63,946 nucleotides of DNA from Octopus bimaculoides (GCF_001194135.2 NC_068986.1:50375375-50439320); one strand, 5' to 3'; shown: positions 37,330 to 50,670, counted from the stretch's first letter. Numbers and translations are program-made. The notes: generated from the sequence alone by a model not told the origin.

Positions 37330-37662
37330 TTGGAACACGTGGAAGTAGGACACCCAGGAAGACATGGAATGGAGTACTGAAGAACGACCTCAAGACACTG
37401 AATATTTCAGAGGAGATGACAAAGAACTGGTGACTTGCAGTACTCTGCAGCAGAAGTGTTAAAACCAGTCCCTCTGGTGGTGAAAAGCACTCATGGCTGT
37501 GCCATGTAAAAGCACCCAGTACACTCTGTAAAGTCCTTTGTGTTAGGAAGGGCATCCAGCTGTAGAAACCATGCCAAATCAGACTGGGGTCTGGTGAAGC
37601 TTGCCAGCTCTGGTCAAATTGTCCAACCCATACCAGCATGGACAATAGACGTTAAATGATGA
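37330..37662 (+). mobile_element. RTE LINE 3' end
   Basis: RKTWNGVLKNDL..ISEEMTK, then the GCACCCAGTACACTCTG..AGGAAGGGCATCCAGCTGTAGAAAC UTR and a GAT tail. Confidence 0.7.
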
Positions 37663-38362
37663 TATATCTATTTGTGTGTTGGTGTAGCACTGTAAGAACA
37701 GATTTCCAGAAACAGCATTGATTCTTCATTTAGATGGAAACAACCAAATTCAATCACTCAGAAAGGCATGAAGGTTGTTGATTCACATTGCTTATGCCTT
37801 GTGAATCCAGTTTCATACCAGCCTCCATGAATAAATGTGTGTGTGTATGTATTTCTTTATGTGAATCTCAGTGTGTGTGTGTGTGCATGCATGTCTGTAT
37901 ATGTTATTAAACAATAGTTCGACCCTGATTGAGCCAACCAATAATCAAAAGCTTTCCAACTGTGATCATCTAGTCATATTTGTTTGCTCAATCAAAATAT
38001 CCAGTGTGTCTCTCTTTTCTTTAAAGACAGCTGGGTGTGTTTTGACAGAGATTAGGTTGCTATTTCTTGCAACTTGTACGGCCACCTAAAAGTTGACTTG
38101 TGTCCCTCTGTGTATTTATGTTTGTCACTGTTCAACATAAACAAAAGATAAAAAATGGAAAAATAATTATTTCAATGTCAACATATAATTTTCTTCTTGT
38201 CTGTTTGCATGACTCAATGTTTTTTTTTTCTGAGGGATTTTTCTTTTCTTTGGTTTTGATTCTCAAATATTTGTTTCTCATGTTGATGTCTGCATGATTC
38301 CCAGGATCAAGGACATTTCTTTCTGTTATCACTGGAAACTACTTCTACAACTGTTGTTGTTG

Positions 38363-38403
<41 letters not shown>

Positions 38404-38409
38404 GGCACT

Positions 38410-38620
38410 GAACGAGCAGAATCATTAGCAGATTGGGTAAAATGCTTAGCGGCATTTCATCCGTCTTTATGTTCTGAGTTCAAATTCCGCTGAGGTTGGC
38501 TTTGTCTTTTCCTCCCTCTGGGATTGATAAATTAAATACCAAACACTGGAGTCAATGTAATTCACTAGCCCCCGCCACTAAAATTTCAGGCATTGTACCT
38601 ATAATAGAAAGGACTATAAT
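38410..38620 (+). mobile_element. SINE family C
   Basis: C consensus. Confidence 0.75.
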
Positions 38621-39060
38621 AATAACAATAATTATTATTATCATTACTATTATTATTGAGTGAGAGAGCAGTGCATGCCATCAAAGTGATACTAAAGTGA
38701 AAATGTATGAAGCCCAGTATATCCATCATGGCTATCCGTTTGATAAGGGTACACCAGGCACATGCATCACAACCATATGTGCGCAACATAGTGTTCTCAT
38801 ATCAAACAGCACATGACCTTGCAGGTGGGGCCCAGTTAGAATTTTCTTCAGGTCGAGTAGCCCATCCCACTCAAAAGGTCCCTGAATAAGGGTTGTTTAA
38901 GGATGTTGAATGAAACCCCCCATGTTTCCAGGAGGAATTGATAAAACCCCAAAGAATTCCTCTCAACACATGTCTATGATGCTCCCCCACTACTTCTGCC
39001 TAGGATCAGTGATGCACATATCATCAGCTATCAAAGGACATGCTCAACTGGTTAAGGTCA
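38617..39060 (-). mobile_element. Probable LINE/SINE 3' end with (AAT)n tail
   Basis: GC-richer block ending CACTGCTCTCTCACTC(AAT)n on the minus strand. No second copy in the window to confirm it. Confidence 0.3.
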
Positions 39061-39094
39061 AACAACTGACAAGCAAATCTGTGGTACTGGCACA

Positions 39095-39930
39095 AGCGCC
39101 AGTCAAGCAGCACTGGCATTGACCACACTTGAATGGTGCTTTTTACATGCCACTGGCATCAGCCACGCTCGAATGATGCTTTTTATGTGCCACTGGCATG
39201 GGTACCAGTCAGGTGGCACTGGTAGTGGCCATGCTTGAATGGTGCTTTTTTATGTGCCAGTCAGACAGCACAGGCATTGGCCACAACTATGATTTCACTT
39301 GGTTGAACAGGTCTTCACAAGCGTCCGACAACTGAAGTGTGCTTTTAAATGGGCCAGTTATACAACACTGACATCAGCCACAGCTACAATCACACTTGGC
39401 TTGCTAGGTCTTCTCAAGCGCAGCATGTCTCCAAAGGTTTCAGTTGCCTCTCATTACCTCTGTGAGGTCCAATATTCATCCCATGTCTTCCTGGGTCTAC
39501 TTCTTCCACAGGTTTCCTCCATTGTTAGGGTGTGACATCTTCACACAGCTGTCCTCATCCATATGCAACACATGGCTATACCAGTGCAGTCGTCTCTTGT
39601 ACACCACATCTGACATTTCCTAAGTCCAACTTTTTTCTCAGGGCACTTACACACTGTCGTCTATGCACACTGACATTACACATCCAGTGGAGCATACTAG
39701 CTTCGTTTCTTTCAAGCCTACGCATGTCATCAGTAGTCACAGCCCATGTTTCACTGCTATGGAGCATGGCTGCTCGCACATGAGCATCATACAGTCTAAC
39801 TTTCATTCTCAGAGAGAGGCCCTTTGTTACCAGCAGAGGCAGGAGCTCTCTGAACTTTGCCCAGAATATTCTTATTCTACGCTCTCAGAGCATCCACCCA
39901 CCACTACTGGCTTGGCCACTTAGGTAACGG
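39095..39930 (-). mobile_element. RTE LINE 3' fragment (ORF C-terminus plus tandem-repeat 3' UTR)
   Basis: KFRELLPLL..LYDAHVRAAMLHSSETWAV..RRLERNE..GRSRPRKTWDE. Repeated AAAAAGCACCATTC units follow the ORF. Confidence 0.85.
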
Positions 39931-40544
39931 AAACTGCCAACTAATTCTAGTTTTCTCCCCTGGCACATGATAGAAATAATAATCCTTTTTACCATAGGCA
40001 CAAGGCCTGAAATTTGAGGGGACATGGTTACTCATTTACATCAACACCGCTGTTCAACTGGTACTTAATTTTCTGACCCTAAAAGAATGAAAAGCAAAGT
40101 CAACCTCCACATAATTTGAACTCAGAACATAAGACAGAGACAAAATACTGCTAAGCATTTTGCCAGACATGCTAAAGACCCTACCAGCTCACCACCTAAA
40201 TAATAATAATGTTTTCTTTATTAACTATTAAGGCTTCACAAAAAAAAAAAAANNNNNNNNNNNNNNNNNNNNNNNNNNNNNNNNNNNNNNNNNNNNNNNN
40301 NNNNNNNNNNNNNNNNNNNNNNNNNNNNNNNNNNNNNNNNNNNNNNNNNNNNNNNNNNNNNNNNNNNNNNNNNNNNNNNNNNNNNNNNNNNNNNNNNNNN
40401 NNNNNNNNNNNNNNNNNNNNNNNNNNNNNNNNNNNNNNNNNNNNNNNNNNNNNNNNNNNNNNNNNNNNNNNNNNNNNNNNNNNNNNNNNNNNNNNNNNNN
40501 NNNNNNNNNNNNNNNNNNAAAAAAAAAAAAACCCCATTGGGAAC

Positions 40545-40970
40545 GGTGCAGGAGTGGCTGTGTGGTAAGTATCTTGCTTACCAACCACATGGTTCCGGGT
40601 TCATTCCCACTGCGTGGCACCTTGAGCAGGTGTCTTCTACTATAGCCTCGGGCCAACCAAAGCCTCGTGAGTGGATTTGGTAGACGGAAACTGAAAGAAG
40701 CCCATCGTATATATGTATATGTGTGTGCGTGTGTATGTATGTTTGTGTGTGTATATGTTTGAGTGTCTGTGTTTGTCCCCCCACAACATCGCTTAACAAC
40801 TGATGGTGGTGTGTTTACGTCCCCGTAACTTAGCCGTTCGGCCTAAGAGACCGATAGAATAAGTACTAGACTTACATAAAATAAGTCCTGGAGTCGATTT
40901 GCTCAACTAAAGGCGGTGCTCCAGCATGGCCACAGTCAAATGACTGAAACAAGTAAAAGAGTAAAGAGAG
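40545..40970 (+). mobile_element. SINE family B
   Basis: Full copy. Confidence 0.9.
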
Positions 40971-41029
40971 TAACTAGAAAAAATAAATATAAATTTTAAA
41001 AAATGAACAATTTTCCAAAATTATAATCA

Positions 41030-42105
41030 ACTATATCTCTTCCATTCTATTGAACCCAAAAAGATGAAAGGCAAAGTTAACTACAGTGGAATTTGAACTG
41101 AGAACATAAAGAGTCGGAAGAAATGTCACTAAATGTTTGGTCAGGCATGGTTATGATTTTGCCAGCTCATAGACTTTAATAATGGTTTTAAATTTTAGCA
41201 CAAGGCCAGCAGGTTTAGAGGAGGGGTAAGTTGATTTCATTGACCCCCAGCACTTAACTGGTACTTCTTTTATCGACCCTGAAACCCGCCAAAAGGATGA
41301 AAGACAAAGTTGACCTTGGCAGAATTTGAATGCAGAACATAAAAACAGACGAAATACCGCTAAGTATTTTTCTCAGCATGTTAACAATTCTGCCAGCTCG
41401 GTGCCTTTAATAATACTAAATATACTAAATGATAATACAGCCTTTAATAATACTAAATAATCCTTTCTACTGTAGGCACAAGGCCTGAAATTTTGAGGGG
41501 AAGGGGCAAATCAATTACATTAACCCCAGTACTCAACTGGTTCATCATTTATCCTTTCTACTAAAGGCACAAGACCTGAAATTCAGGGAGGGGACTAGTC
41601 GATTACATCGACACCAGTGTTTCACTGGTACTTAATTTATCGACCCTGGGAGAATGAAAGGCAAAGTCGACCCCGGTGGAATTTGAACCCAGACTGTAGC
41701 AAGGGGTGAAATCCCGCTAAGCATTCTGCCAGCTTGCCACCTTATGTAGAGTAATTAATGATAACAATAATAGTGTTAATGATGATGATGATAATAATAA
41801 TGATTCTTTTAATTATAGGCACAAGGCCTAACATTTTGGGGGAGGGGGCAAGTCAATTACATTGACCCCAGTACTCAACTGGTACTTAATTTATCCTTTC
41901 TACTAAAGGCACAAGGTGTGAAATTCAGGGAGGGGACTAGTCGATTATATCGACACCAGTGTTTCACTGGTACTTAATATATTGACTGCGAAAGGATAAA
42001 AGGCAAAGTTGACCTCAGCGGAATTTGAACTCAGAATGTACTGATGGGTAAAATACCTCTAAGCATTTTGCCTGGTGTGCTAATGATTCTGCTAGCTCAC
42101 TGCTT
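41030..42105 (-). mobile_element. Head-to-tail array of family C SINEs including a duplicated fragment+full-copy dimer
   Basis: Six same-orientation segments sharing the C consensus. Confidence 0.85.
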
Positions 42106-42383
42106 TTAAATAACATCAAATAATAGTAATGATACAACAACAAAATATGTAAACAAACTTTTTTCTTTGTTTTTAGAAGTGTCAAATGTCTCTTGTATTG
42201 TACAGACAAGAAGGTAATATTTCGAAAGCAGTATAGCCATGAAAACAACAGAAAGATTGGGTATTATTACCCAAGACTAATAATACCTATTGGGTACCGC
42301 ATATTATTACCCAAGGCTAATAATATACTTGATTGAGTGCTGCATATTATTACTTGATCTTTCTGCTGTTTCCACTGCTAGAT

Positions 42384-43467
42384 CATCATCATCATCGTTA
42401 ACGTCCGCTTTCCATGCTAGCATGGGTTGGACGATTTGACTGAGGACTGGTGAAACCAGATGGCAACACCAGGCTCCAATCTAAATTTGGCAGAATTTCT
42501 ACAGCTGAATGCCCTTCCTAGGTGCTTTTACGTGTCACCCGCNNNNNNNNNNNNNNNNNNNNNNNNNNNNNNNNNNNNNNNNNNNNNNNNNNNNNNNNNN
42601 NNNNNNNNNNNNNNNNNNNNNNNNNNNNNNNNNNNNNNNNNNNNNNNNNNNNNNNNNNNNNNNNNNNNNNNNNNNNNNNNNNNNNNNNNNNNNNNNNNNN
42701 NNNNNNNNNNNNNNNNNNNNNNNNNNNNNNNNNNNNNNNNNNNNNNNNNNNNNNNNNNNNNNNNNNNNNNNNNNNNNNNNNNNNNNNNNNNNNNNNNNNN
42801 NNNNNNNNNNNNNNNNNNNNNNNNNNNNNNNNNNNNNNNNNNNNNNNNNNNNNNNNNNNNNNNNNNNNNNNNNNNNNNNNNNNNNNNNNNNNNNNNNNNN
42901 NNNNNNNNNNNNNNNNNNNNNNNNNNNNNNNNNNNNNNNNNNNNNNNNNNNNNNNNNNNNNNNNNNNNNNNNNNNNNNNNNNNNNNNNNNNNNNNNNNNN
43001 NNNNNNNNNNNNNNNNNNNNNNNNNNNNNNNNNNNNNNNNNNNNNNNNNNNNNNNNNNNNNNNNNNNNNNNNNNNNNNNNNNNNNNNNNNNNNNNNNNNN
43101 NNNNNNNNNNNNNNNNNNNNNNNNNNNNNNNNNNNNNNNNNNNNNNNNNNNNNNNNNNNNNNNNNNNNNGCTATTCTTATTCTAGCAGCTACACTTTCAG
43201 CGCACCCACCCCCACTACTAACTTGGTCACCCAGATAGCGGAAGCTATCGACTACCTCTAGTTTTTCACTCTGGAATGAGATAGAAGTTGTTTCCTGTTT
43301 GTTTACAGTCTTTATTGCACCTGAACATCTGCCACATACAAAAACTAACTTCCTAGTTAACCTGCCTTTGATATTGCTGCACCTCTTATGTGTCCATAGC
43401 TTGCACCGGGTACATCTTATAGAGTTACTACCTACTCCTTTTCTACATACTGAGCAGGGCCATCTGC
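42384..43467 (-). mobile_element. 5'-truncated RTE LINE with a PHD-like Cys cluster; middle hidden by an N gap
   Basis: WPCSVCRKGVGSNSIRCTRCKLWTHKRC..FVCGRC then LEVVDSFRYLGDQVSSGGGC..RIR at 43467-43170. 3' UTR with (GAT)n tail at 42542-42384. Confidence 0.85.
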
Positions 43468-44277
43468 ATTCAAAATATAACCTTCTTGTCTGTACAATAC
43501 AACAGTAATGATGATTTTTGCATATCTTGTTCTTGATGTAATAGCCATAGAGTTTTGCGTTGGGGTACTTTAGTGTCTTTTGCACTTGCGTATTTACATT
43601 ATCATAAAATCTGACAAGAAAGAGTGAGAGAGATTCATTTGTTCTAAGTTTGGTGCTAGACAGATGAAGAACATGTATGTGTGTCTGGGAGCATCTGCAA
43701 AGGTCACGTGCACTGCCCTTTCTTCCTCTGACTAACAACTTTAATCTTATAAAATAAATGTGTAGAAAATGGCAGCTAAACACAAGAGGGAAATATATCA
43801 ACTAAATCACAGAATAGTAGATATGAATACAAAAGGTAATATCATTGATACTGTGAAAAACTGTTCTACTCCAACTAATCTGTGGTGTTTGAAGGTTTGT
43901 GGTTGGAGTACAATGTAGAGAGTTCATAAATGCGAAAATATTAATGTTTTTGCACTTGATGGCAATAAAGAAAGATAAGTAAATGTATGATAAAAATGTG
44001 ACAAGTTGTGAAATTCTTGGTGTTTGAAGTGTGTTATTGTATAGTGCTAAGAGTAGACAATGGAATTAATTCATTGATATACGATATCTGTTAAAAATAA
44101 TCTTCAATGAATTGGTGCAATGATTGTAAATAGTGACCAGGATAGAGGTGGTCCAAAAAGAGTAAAAATTAGTGTGTTCTGCTTGTTATTTCAATAGCAA
44201 ACTCTTATTTTTCACTGGTTGAGAGGGAGTTTAGAATTCCAAGAAATGCATACACAGACACACAGACACACAGATAT

Positions 44278-44441
44278 AGGTACAGGCATGGTTGTGTGGC
44301 AAGAAGGTTGCTTTCCAACCACATATTTCCGGGCTCAGTTCTACTGCATTGCACCTTGAACAAGTGTCTTCTACTATAGTCTCAGGCTGAACAAAGCCTT
44401 GTGAGTGGATCTGATAGATGAAAACTGAAAGAAGTCCATTG

Positions 44442-44508
<67 letters not shown>

Positions 44509-44722
44509 CTTTGTGTCTGTGTTTGTCCCCCACCTCACTGCTTGACAACCAGTGTTAGTGCATTTACGTCCTTGTAACCTAGCTGTTTGGCAAAAAGTAT
44601 CTGATAGAATAAGTACTAAGCTTTAAAAAAAGATAAGTACTGGGGTCAAGACATTTGACTTAAAATTCTTCAAGGTGGTGCTCCAGCACGATCACAGTCA
44701 AATGAATGAAACAAGTAAAAGA
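44278..44722 (+). mobile_element. SINE family B (diverged)
   Basis: Full copy. Confidence 0.8.
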
Positions 44723-44729
44723 TATATTA

Positions 44730-44968
44730 CACCATTTCGAGCGTGGCTGTTGCCAGTACCTCCTGACTGGCCTTCATGCCGGTGGCACGTAAAAGCACCC
44801 ACTACACTCTCGGAGTGGTTGGCATTAGGAAGGGCTTCCAGCTGTAGAAACTCTGCCAAATCAGATTGGAACCTGGTGTAGCCATCTGTTTCACCAGTCC
44901 TCAGTCAAATCATCCAACCCATGCTAGCATGGAAAGCGGACGTTAAACAATGATGATGTTGATGATGA
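44730..44968 (+). mobile_element. RTE 3' UTR fragment
   Basis: Same UTR sequence as 23150-23340, ending GGACGTTAAACAATGATGAT. Confidence 0.7.
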
Positions 44969-45587
44969 TATATGCATACACACATACATATGTATATCAA
45001 ATGGATATCTTATAAAACTATTCCAGCATACAATAACAGCCATACCAACAATCTAAGATACCTCCATCATCAGCTGCTGCCCCATGGGTATCATTATGGT
45101 TTCGACACCTGGGCAGAATCATCCAATCAACAAGAACTAAAATAAATGTTGTTTGGGATCAAACATACCTTAGGTATCACCACATTCATTTGACCTTAAT
45201 CCTAGGAAGGATTAATATATTTTGCTTAGGTGTTGCAATACTTAATAAACTTGGTGTAGAACTCAATATACATAAGCATCAGAACAAAAAGCATTAGCTG
45301 AGTATAGAGTGGTAATAAGAAAATGAAATGACAAAGGAATACACAATTATTTTATGAACTTCATTAGCTTGCAGCTGTTTCTGCAATAAGATGCAGTGGA
45401 CACATAGTTGAGTGGAAACTCACATGTAGGCATGGTTGTGTGGTTAAGAAGTTTACTTCCCAACCACATGGTTTTGGGTTCAGTCCCAAAGTATGGGCAA
45501 GTGTTTTTTACGATAGCCCCTAGACTGACTGAACCCTTGTGAGTGGATTTGTGGGATGAAAACTGAAAGAAGCCTGTCATATATTTA

Positions 45588-46027
45588 TAGGCGCAGGAGT
45601 GGCTGTGTGGTAAATAGCTTGCTTACCAACCACATGGTTCTGGGTTCATTCCCACTGCGTAGCACCTTGGGCAAGTGTTTTCGACTATAGCCTTGGGCCG
45701 ACCAAAGCCTTGTGAGTGGATTTGGTAGTCGGAAACTGAAAGAAGCCCGTCGTATATATGTATATATATATGTGTGTGTGTGTGTCTCCCCAACATNNNN
45801 NNNNNNATATATGTATATATATATGTGTGTGTGTGTGTCTCCCCAACATCGCTTGACAACCGATGCTAGTGTGTTTACATCCCCGTAACTTAGCGGTTCG
45901 GCAAAAGAGGCTGATAGAATAAGTACTAAGCTTACAAAAAATAAGTCCTGGGGTCGATCTGCTCGACTAATGGCAGTGCTCTAGCATGGCCGCAGTCAAA
46001 TGACTGAAACAAGTAAAAGAGTAAAAG
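45588..46027 (+). mobile_element. SINE family B
   Basis: Full copy with a small assembly duplication at the 10-N gap. Confidence 0.85.
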
Positions 46028-47451
46028 CGTATGTATGTTTGTATGTGTGTGTGTGTGTGCACAGGTGTGCATTTGTGTCTCCTTGCTTTGACATCACATG
46101 ATTGTTGCAAATAAAAGTCTATTCATTTCTGATATTCAGTGTAAACAATCCCCAGCAATGGGAAGATACGAGTTTTACTTTGTCTGGAAAAAAGTAAAGG
46201 TCGGTGACAGGAAGGGCATCCAGCCATAGAAAACCGGCCTCAATAAACTCCAACTAATCAACACAAGCTTGGAAAAGAGGAATTTATAAATGACGGTGGC
46301 GGCGGCGGCGGCGGCGGCGTGTGTGTGTGTGCGTGTGCATACACATACATCATCTCATGATCAGCACTCACTGCAATTCTTTCTGTCTTTATTCTTATCC
46401 ATCCATCACTTTCCTCTCATGTTCTTGCAAATTTCCATACTCATCCATATCACTTCTCTTATATTCACCTTCCTGTTGGGTACATTCTGATACATCTTCA
46501 CTGCTATCCCCTTTATCTTCGATATGGGGTAACTATGTATCTCCCCTACAGCAGGACACTTGTTCCTGTCCCTCCATCATAATTTAACCTCTCACCACTT
46601 CCCTCAATACTACTCTTTCACCAGTTGAGGGGTCTTGTTTAGCAAGTTACTTGGTGACCCCAATTAGTACCAGAGTCACATAAAAAGCACCCAGTACACT
46701 CTGTAAAGTGTTTTGGCATTAGGAAGGGCATCCATCCAGGCACAGAAACCATGCCAAAGCAGACATTGAAGTCTGGGTATGGTTGTTTTGTGGAAGACCA
46801 GCAGTCATCCATGCATACCAGCCTCTCCTCTCCACACCACTGATGTTATCCAAGGAAAAAGCAAAAGCTGATACAGCTTGGCACCAGTAACATTGCAACT
46901 CATTTCTACAGCTGAGTGAACTGGAGCTACGTGAAATAAAGTGTCTTGCTCAAGAACACAGCACACATTTTGGTCCAAGAATTGAACTCACAACCACATG
47001 ATTATAAGCCCAATGCTCTAACCACTGAACCATAGACATGATATTACTGAAAAATTTGCATCATCTGCATCATCATCATCATCATCATCAGTTAACATCT
47101 GCCTTCCACACTGGCATGAGTTGGATGGTTTGACAGGAACTGATCTGGCAAAAGATTGCACCAGACCTCTGTGTCTGTTTTGGTATGGTTTATACAGCTG
47201 GATGCCCTTCCTAACACCTACCACCCAGCAGAGTGGACTGAGTTCTTTTTACGTGGCACCAGCACAAGCAAAGTCAGTTTTGGCATGGTTTTTACAGCTG
47301 GATGCCTTTCCAAATGCCAACCACTTTACAAAGATCCTTTGAGAGGGGAGAGGGCATTGGAGGAGGTGATCTTATGTCAGATGATGAAAGATTAGAGTGT
47401 GACAGACAGAAACAGGTGTCTTGCAAGAGAGGAAGTACATGGTTACCCAAC

Positions 47452-47489
<38 letters not shown>

Positions 47490-47904
47490 GAAAGAGAGAG
47501 AGACTGCAAATGCTGACTAGAGCAGGAGTGGTCAAAGTGAGTAAAGTTAATGTCTTGTCTTAGCACCATTCAATATTTTTTTTTTTAGTTGCATATCTAA
47601 TTTTTTTTTCATTTTTCAAGACATTTCATAATCTGGCAGCATTTATAATCTCTGTTTCCAAGTTATGCAAAATTTGATTACAGAAGTTTAAGGCTGTCAG
47701 CTGTTTATTAAATTCTGATCAATTTCTGTGTCTGCTGTCACATCAAAGTCTGACAGAGAGTAACCAAAGAGACGAGCAAATATTTTAAGACAGCTATTTC
47801 TATAGACTCATTCAAATCCCATATCGGCATTGAAGAACAGGTATATCAATCTATATGATAAAGAACATGTTTCCAATTTAGTGCTTCATATTTCAGTTGT
47901 ATGA

Positions 47905-48228
47905 AGGTATGTGGCTTAGTGGTTAGAGCATTTAGCTTATGATCATAAAGTCATGAGTTCAATTCCTGACGAATGCATTGTATCATTGAGCATGACACCT
48001 TATTTCACATTGCTCCTGTCCACTTGGCTGGCAAAAATGAGTGGTACCTGTATTTCAAGTAGACCAGCCTTGTCACACTCTGTGTCGTGCTGACTCTCCC
48101 CAAGAACTACATTAAGGGTACACGTGTCAGTGGAGTGCTCAGCCACTTGCACGTTAATTTTACGAGCAGACCCTCCTGCTGATCGGATCAACTGGAACCC
48201 TTATTATTGTAACTGACAGAGTGCCAGT
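47905..48228 (+). mobile_element. Hybrid SINE with a family E head and a family A 3' half
   Basis: E head and CACTTGGCTG segment joined to the GAGTGCTCAGCCACTTGCACG tail. Same structure on the minus strand at 1447-1740 and 48943-49420. Confidence 0.75.
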
Positions 48229-48430
48229 TATAGTTATTTCAGGTGCAGGCATGGTTGTGTAGTTGAGAAGCTTGCTTTGCAACTATGTAGGTTCAATTCC
48301 ACTGCATGGCACCTAAGGTAATAGTCTTCTACTATAGCCCCAGGCCAACCAAAGTCTTGTGAGTGGATTTGGTGAATGCAAACTGAAAATGTCTTTTGTA
48401 TGTGTATATAAGAATGTGTGTGTGCGCGGA

Positions 48431-48462
<32 letters not shown>

Positions 48463-49052
48463 TGTAGCCTTGTTTCAACATTATGTGATGGTCATAAGCA
48501 AGTATATCACCATAGGGGTGAATTTTTTTTATTTCTAATCTTTTACAAATAAGATATATCTGGCCATAATATATATCACTTTGGCTGGAAATAAGTGTGG
48601 TTTGGCAACAGGAAGAGCAACCAACCATAGAAAATTTACCTCAACGAATTCTGTCTGGGTCATGCAAGCATGGAAAAGTGAACATTATGATGATGACGAC
48701 GATGATGATGTTCTCAAGCCTTTCTTAAACCAAATGGTCAAGAACCTTCTTTTGCAACTAAGCAGTTCTGTGTTTGGTGTTATTGAACTTGAGATCAAAT
48801 GACCTCTACTGTAGCCTCTAGCTTGGACATATACTTTATGAGTAGAATTTACTCAATGGAAAAAACAGTAAAGAATTTCACTGTGTGTGTGTGTGTGTGC
48901 ATGCATGTGTATATATGTCTGTATTTGTGTTTATGCTTTACTGGCACTGTCACTTACGATGATGAGGGTTCCAGCTGACCTGATCAACAGAACAGCTGGC
49001 TCATGAAATCAACATGCAAGTGGCTGAGCACTCCACAAACATGTATTCTTAA

Positions 49053-49264
49053 CCCTTTTGTTACCATATTTCTGTTGAGGTGTTCTGCGTTTCTTTCAAT
49101 TAATTTTAAATAAAAAGAATTTAGTAAAAGAACATTAACATTAAGCTAGTGTTAGTAACATAAACTGTGACTAAGGTTTGGAAGATTTTAATTCAGAACT
49201 TTTGAAAACAAGACATTTGTACTACAAAGCCAGAGGCGGTTTCACCGGGTTGGCATCAAATGGA
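49053..49264. mobile_element. piggyBac-like MITE inserted at a TTAA inside a SINE
   Basis: TTAA duplicated at 49049 and 49265. The host SINE sequence GTATTC-TTAA-TGTAGTTCTC is restored on removal. TIRs match 9/13. Confidence 0.75.
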
Positions 49265-49952
49265 TTAATGTAGTTCTCAAGGAGATTCAGTGTGACACAG
49301 AGTGGGACAAGGCTGGCCCTTTGAAATACAGGTAGTAAATACTCATTTTTACCAGCTGAGTGAACTGGAGCAATGTGAAATAAAGGGTCTTGCTCAAGGA
49401 CAGTGCACTGCCAGCTGTTGTTAATTTAATGGGGTTTTCTTGGACATCACGAAATGCAGTTCAACAGAAATCAATAAAATAAGTACCAGATTGAAATAAT
49501 TACTGTAGTCAATATGACTGACTAAAACCCTTGAAGTCAGTCTCCAGCATGGTTGCCATCCAATAACTGAAACCAGTAAAAGAATAAAAGAATTCTCTTA
49601 CTAACCTACTGAATTGATGCTGACATTATTTCATTTTTGTGTGACAAAATAATGATTCCTTCACACTGACACAAATCCAGAAATTGTAGGAAGTGGGTTG
49701 TAGAGGGGTTGGCTCATCCCAGTATTATGAATGAAGCTTATTTTATACTGTCAGGAGACAAAAGGCTATTATAGAGTCAGAAGTATCTGGATTTGAAACC
49801 TAAATGTAAAAGAGGCATGATTATAAAGTAAAAAAAAAATATATAAAATACACCAAAATGTGGATGAAAGCCTCACTTACAAAAAATTATTCCACTGTTT
49901 CTCCTACTAAGTTTCAATTGCCTCATAATTTTCTCAAGTTTATAGAGAAACA

Positions 49953-50347
49953 TAGGCGCAGTAGTGGCTGTGTGGTAAGTGACTTGCTTACGAACCACAT
50001 AGTTCCGGGTTCAGTCCCACTGCGTGGTACCTTGGGCAAGTGTCTTCTACTATAGCCTTGGTTCGACCAAAGCCTTGTGAGTGGATTTGGTAGACGGAAA
50101 CTGAAAGAAGCCCATCGTACATATGTATATGTATATACGCGTGTGTATGTATGTTTGTCCCCACCAACATCACTTGACAACCGATACTGGTGTGTTTACG
50201 TCCCCGTAACTTAGCGGTTCGGCAAAAGAGACCGACAGAATAAGTACTAGGCTTACAAAGAATAAGCCATGGGGTCGATTCGCTCGACTAAAGGTGGTGC
50301 TCCAGCATGGCCACAGTCAAATGACTGAAACAAGTAAAAGAGTAAAG
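49953..50347 (+). mobile_element. SINE family B
   Basis: Full copy. Confidence 0.9.
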
Positions 50348-50484
50348 TGGTGCTACTTTACTTTGCTATCTGTTGACTGTGATATGTAGAATAAATTGGG
50401 TTACTGAAGAAATTAAAACAAACATTTAACCTTTCATTCTTCATGCTAATTGATACATTATTGCAATAATTCTTTCATCTATAG

Positions 50485-50670
50485 CAGTGCTCTGCAACCA
50501 GCATGCTGTGACACACTGGTGTACCATGAGACGATGCTAGGTATACTGCAGTGTAACCTGAATATAGTTCTTTTCTCTATACTTTTAGTTATAGTTTTAG
50601 TTCAGGTGTGCTGCCGAATTTTGAAAAGAATATAAGTGTACCGCAAATGGAAAAAGGTTGCGGAGCACTG
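50485..50670. mobile_element. hAT-Charlie-like MITE
   Basis: TIRs CAGTGCTC(T/C)GCAACC, 14/15 match. Confidence 0.75.

Noticed and set aside
42260-42357. Short 40-bp-period repeat with small hairpins, and a 24-bp duplication near 60374-60421
   Set aside because: Two to three degenerate units, typical of background slippage in this genome; nothing suggests function.
45750-45850. Short direct duplication inside a family B SINE
   Set aside because: Identical sequence on both sides of a 10-N gap; assembly artefact.
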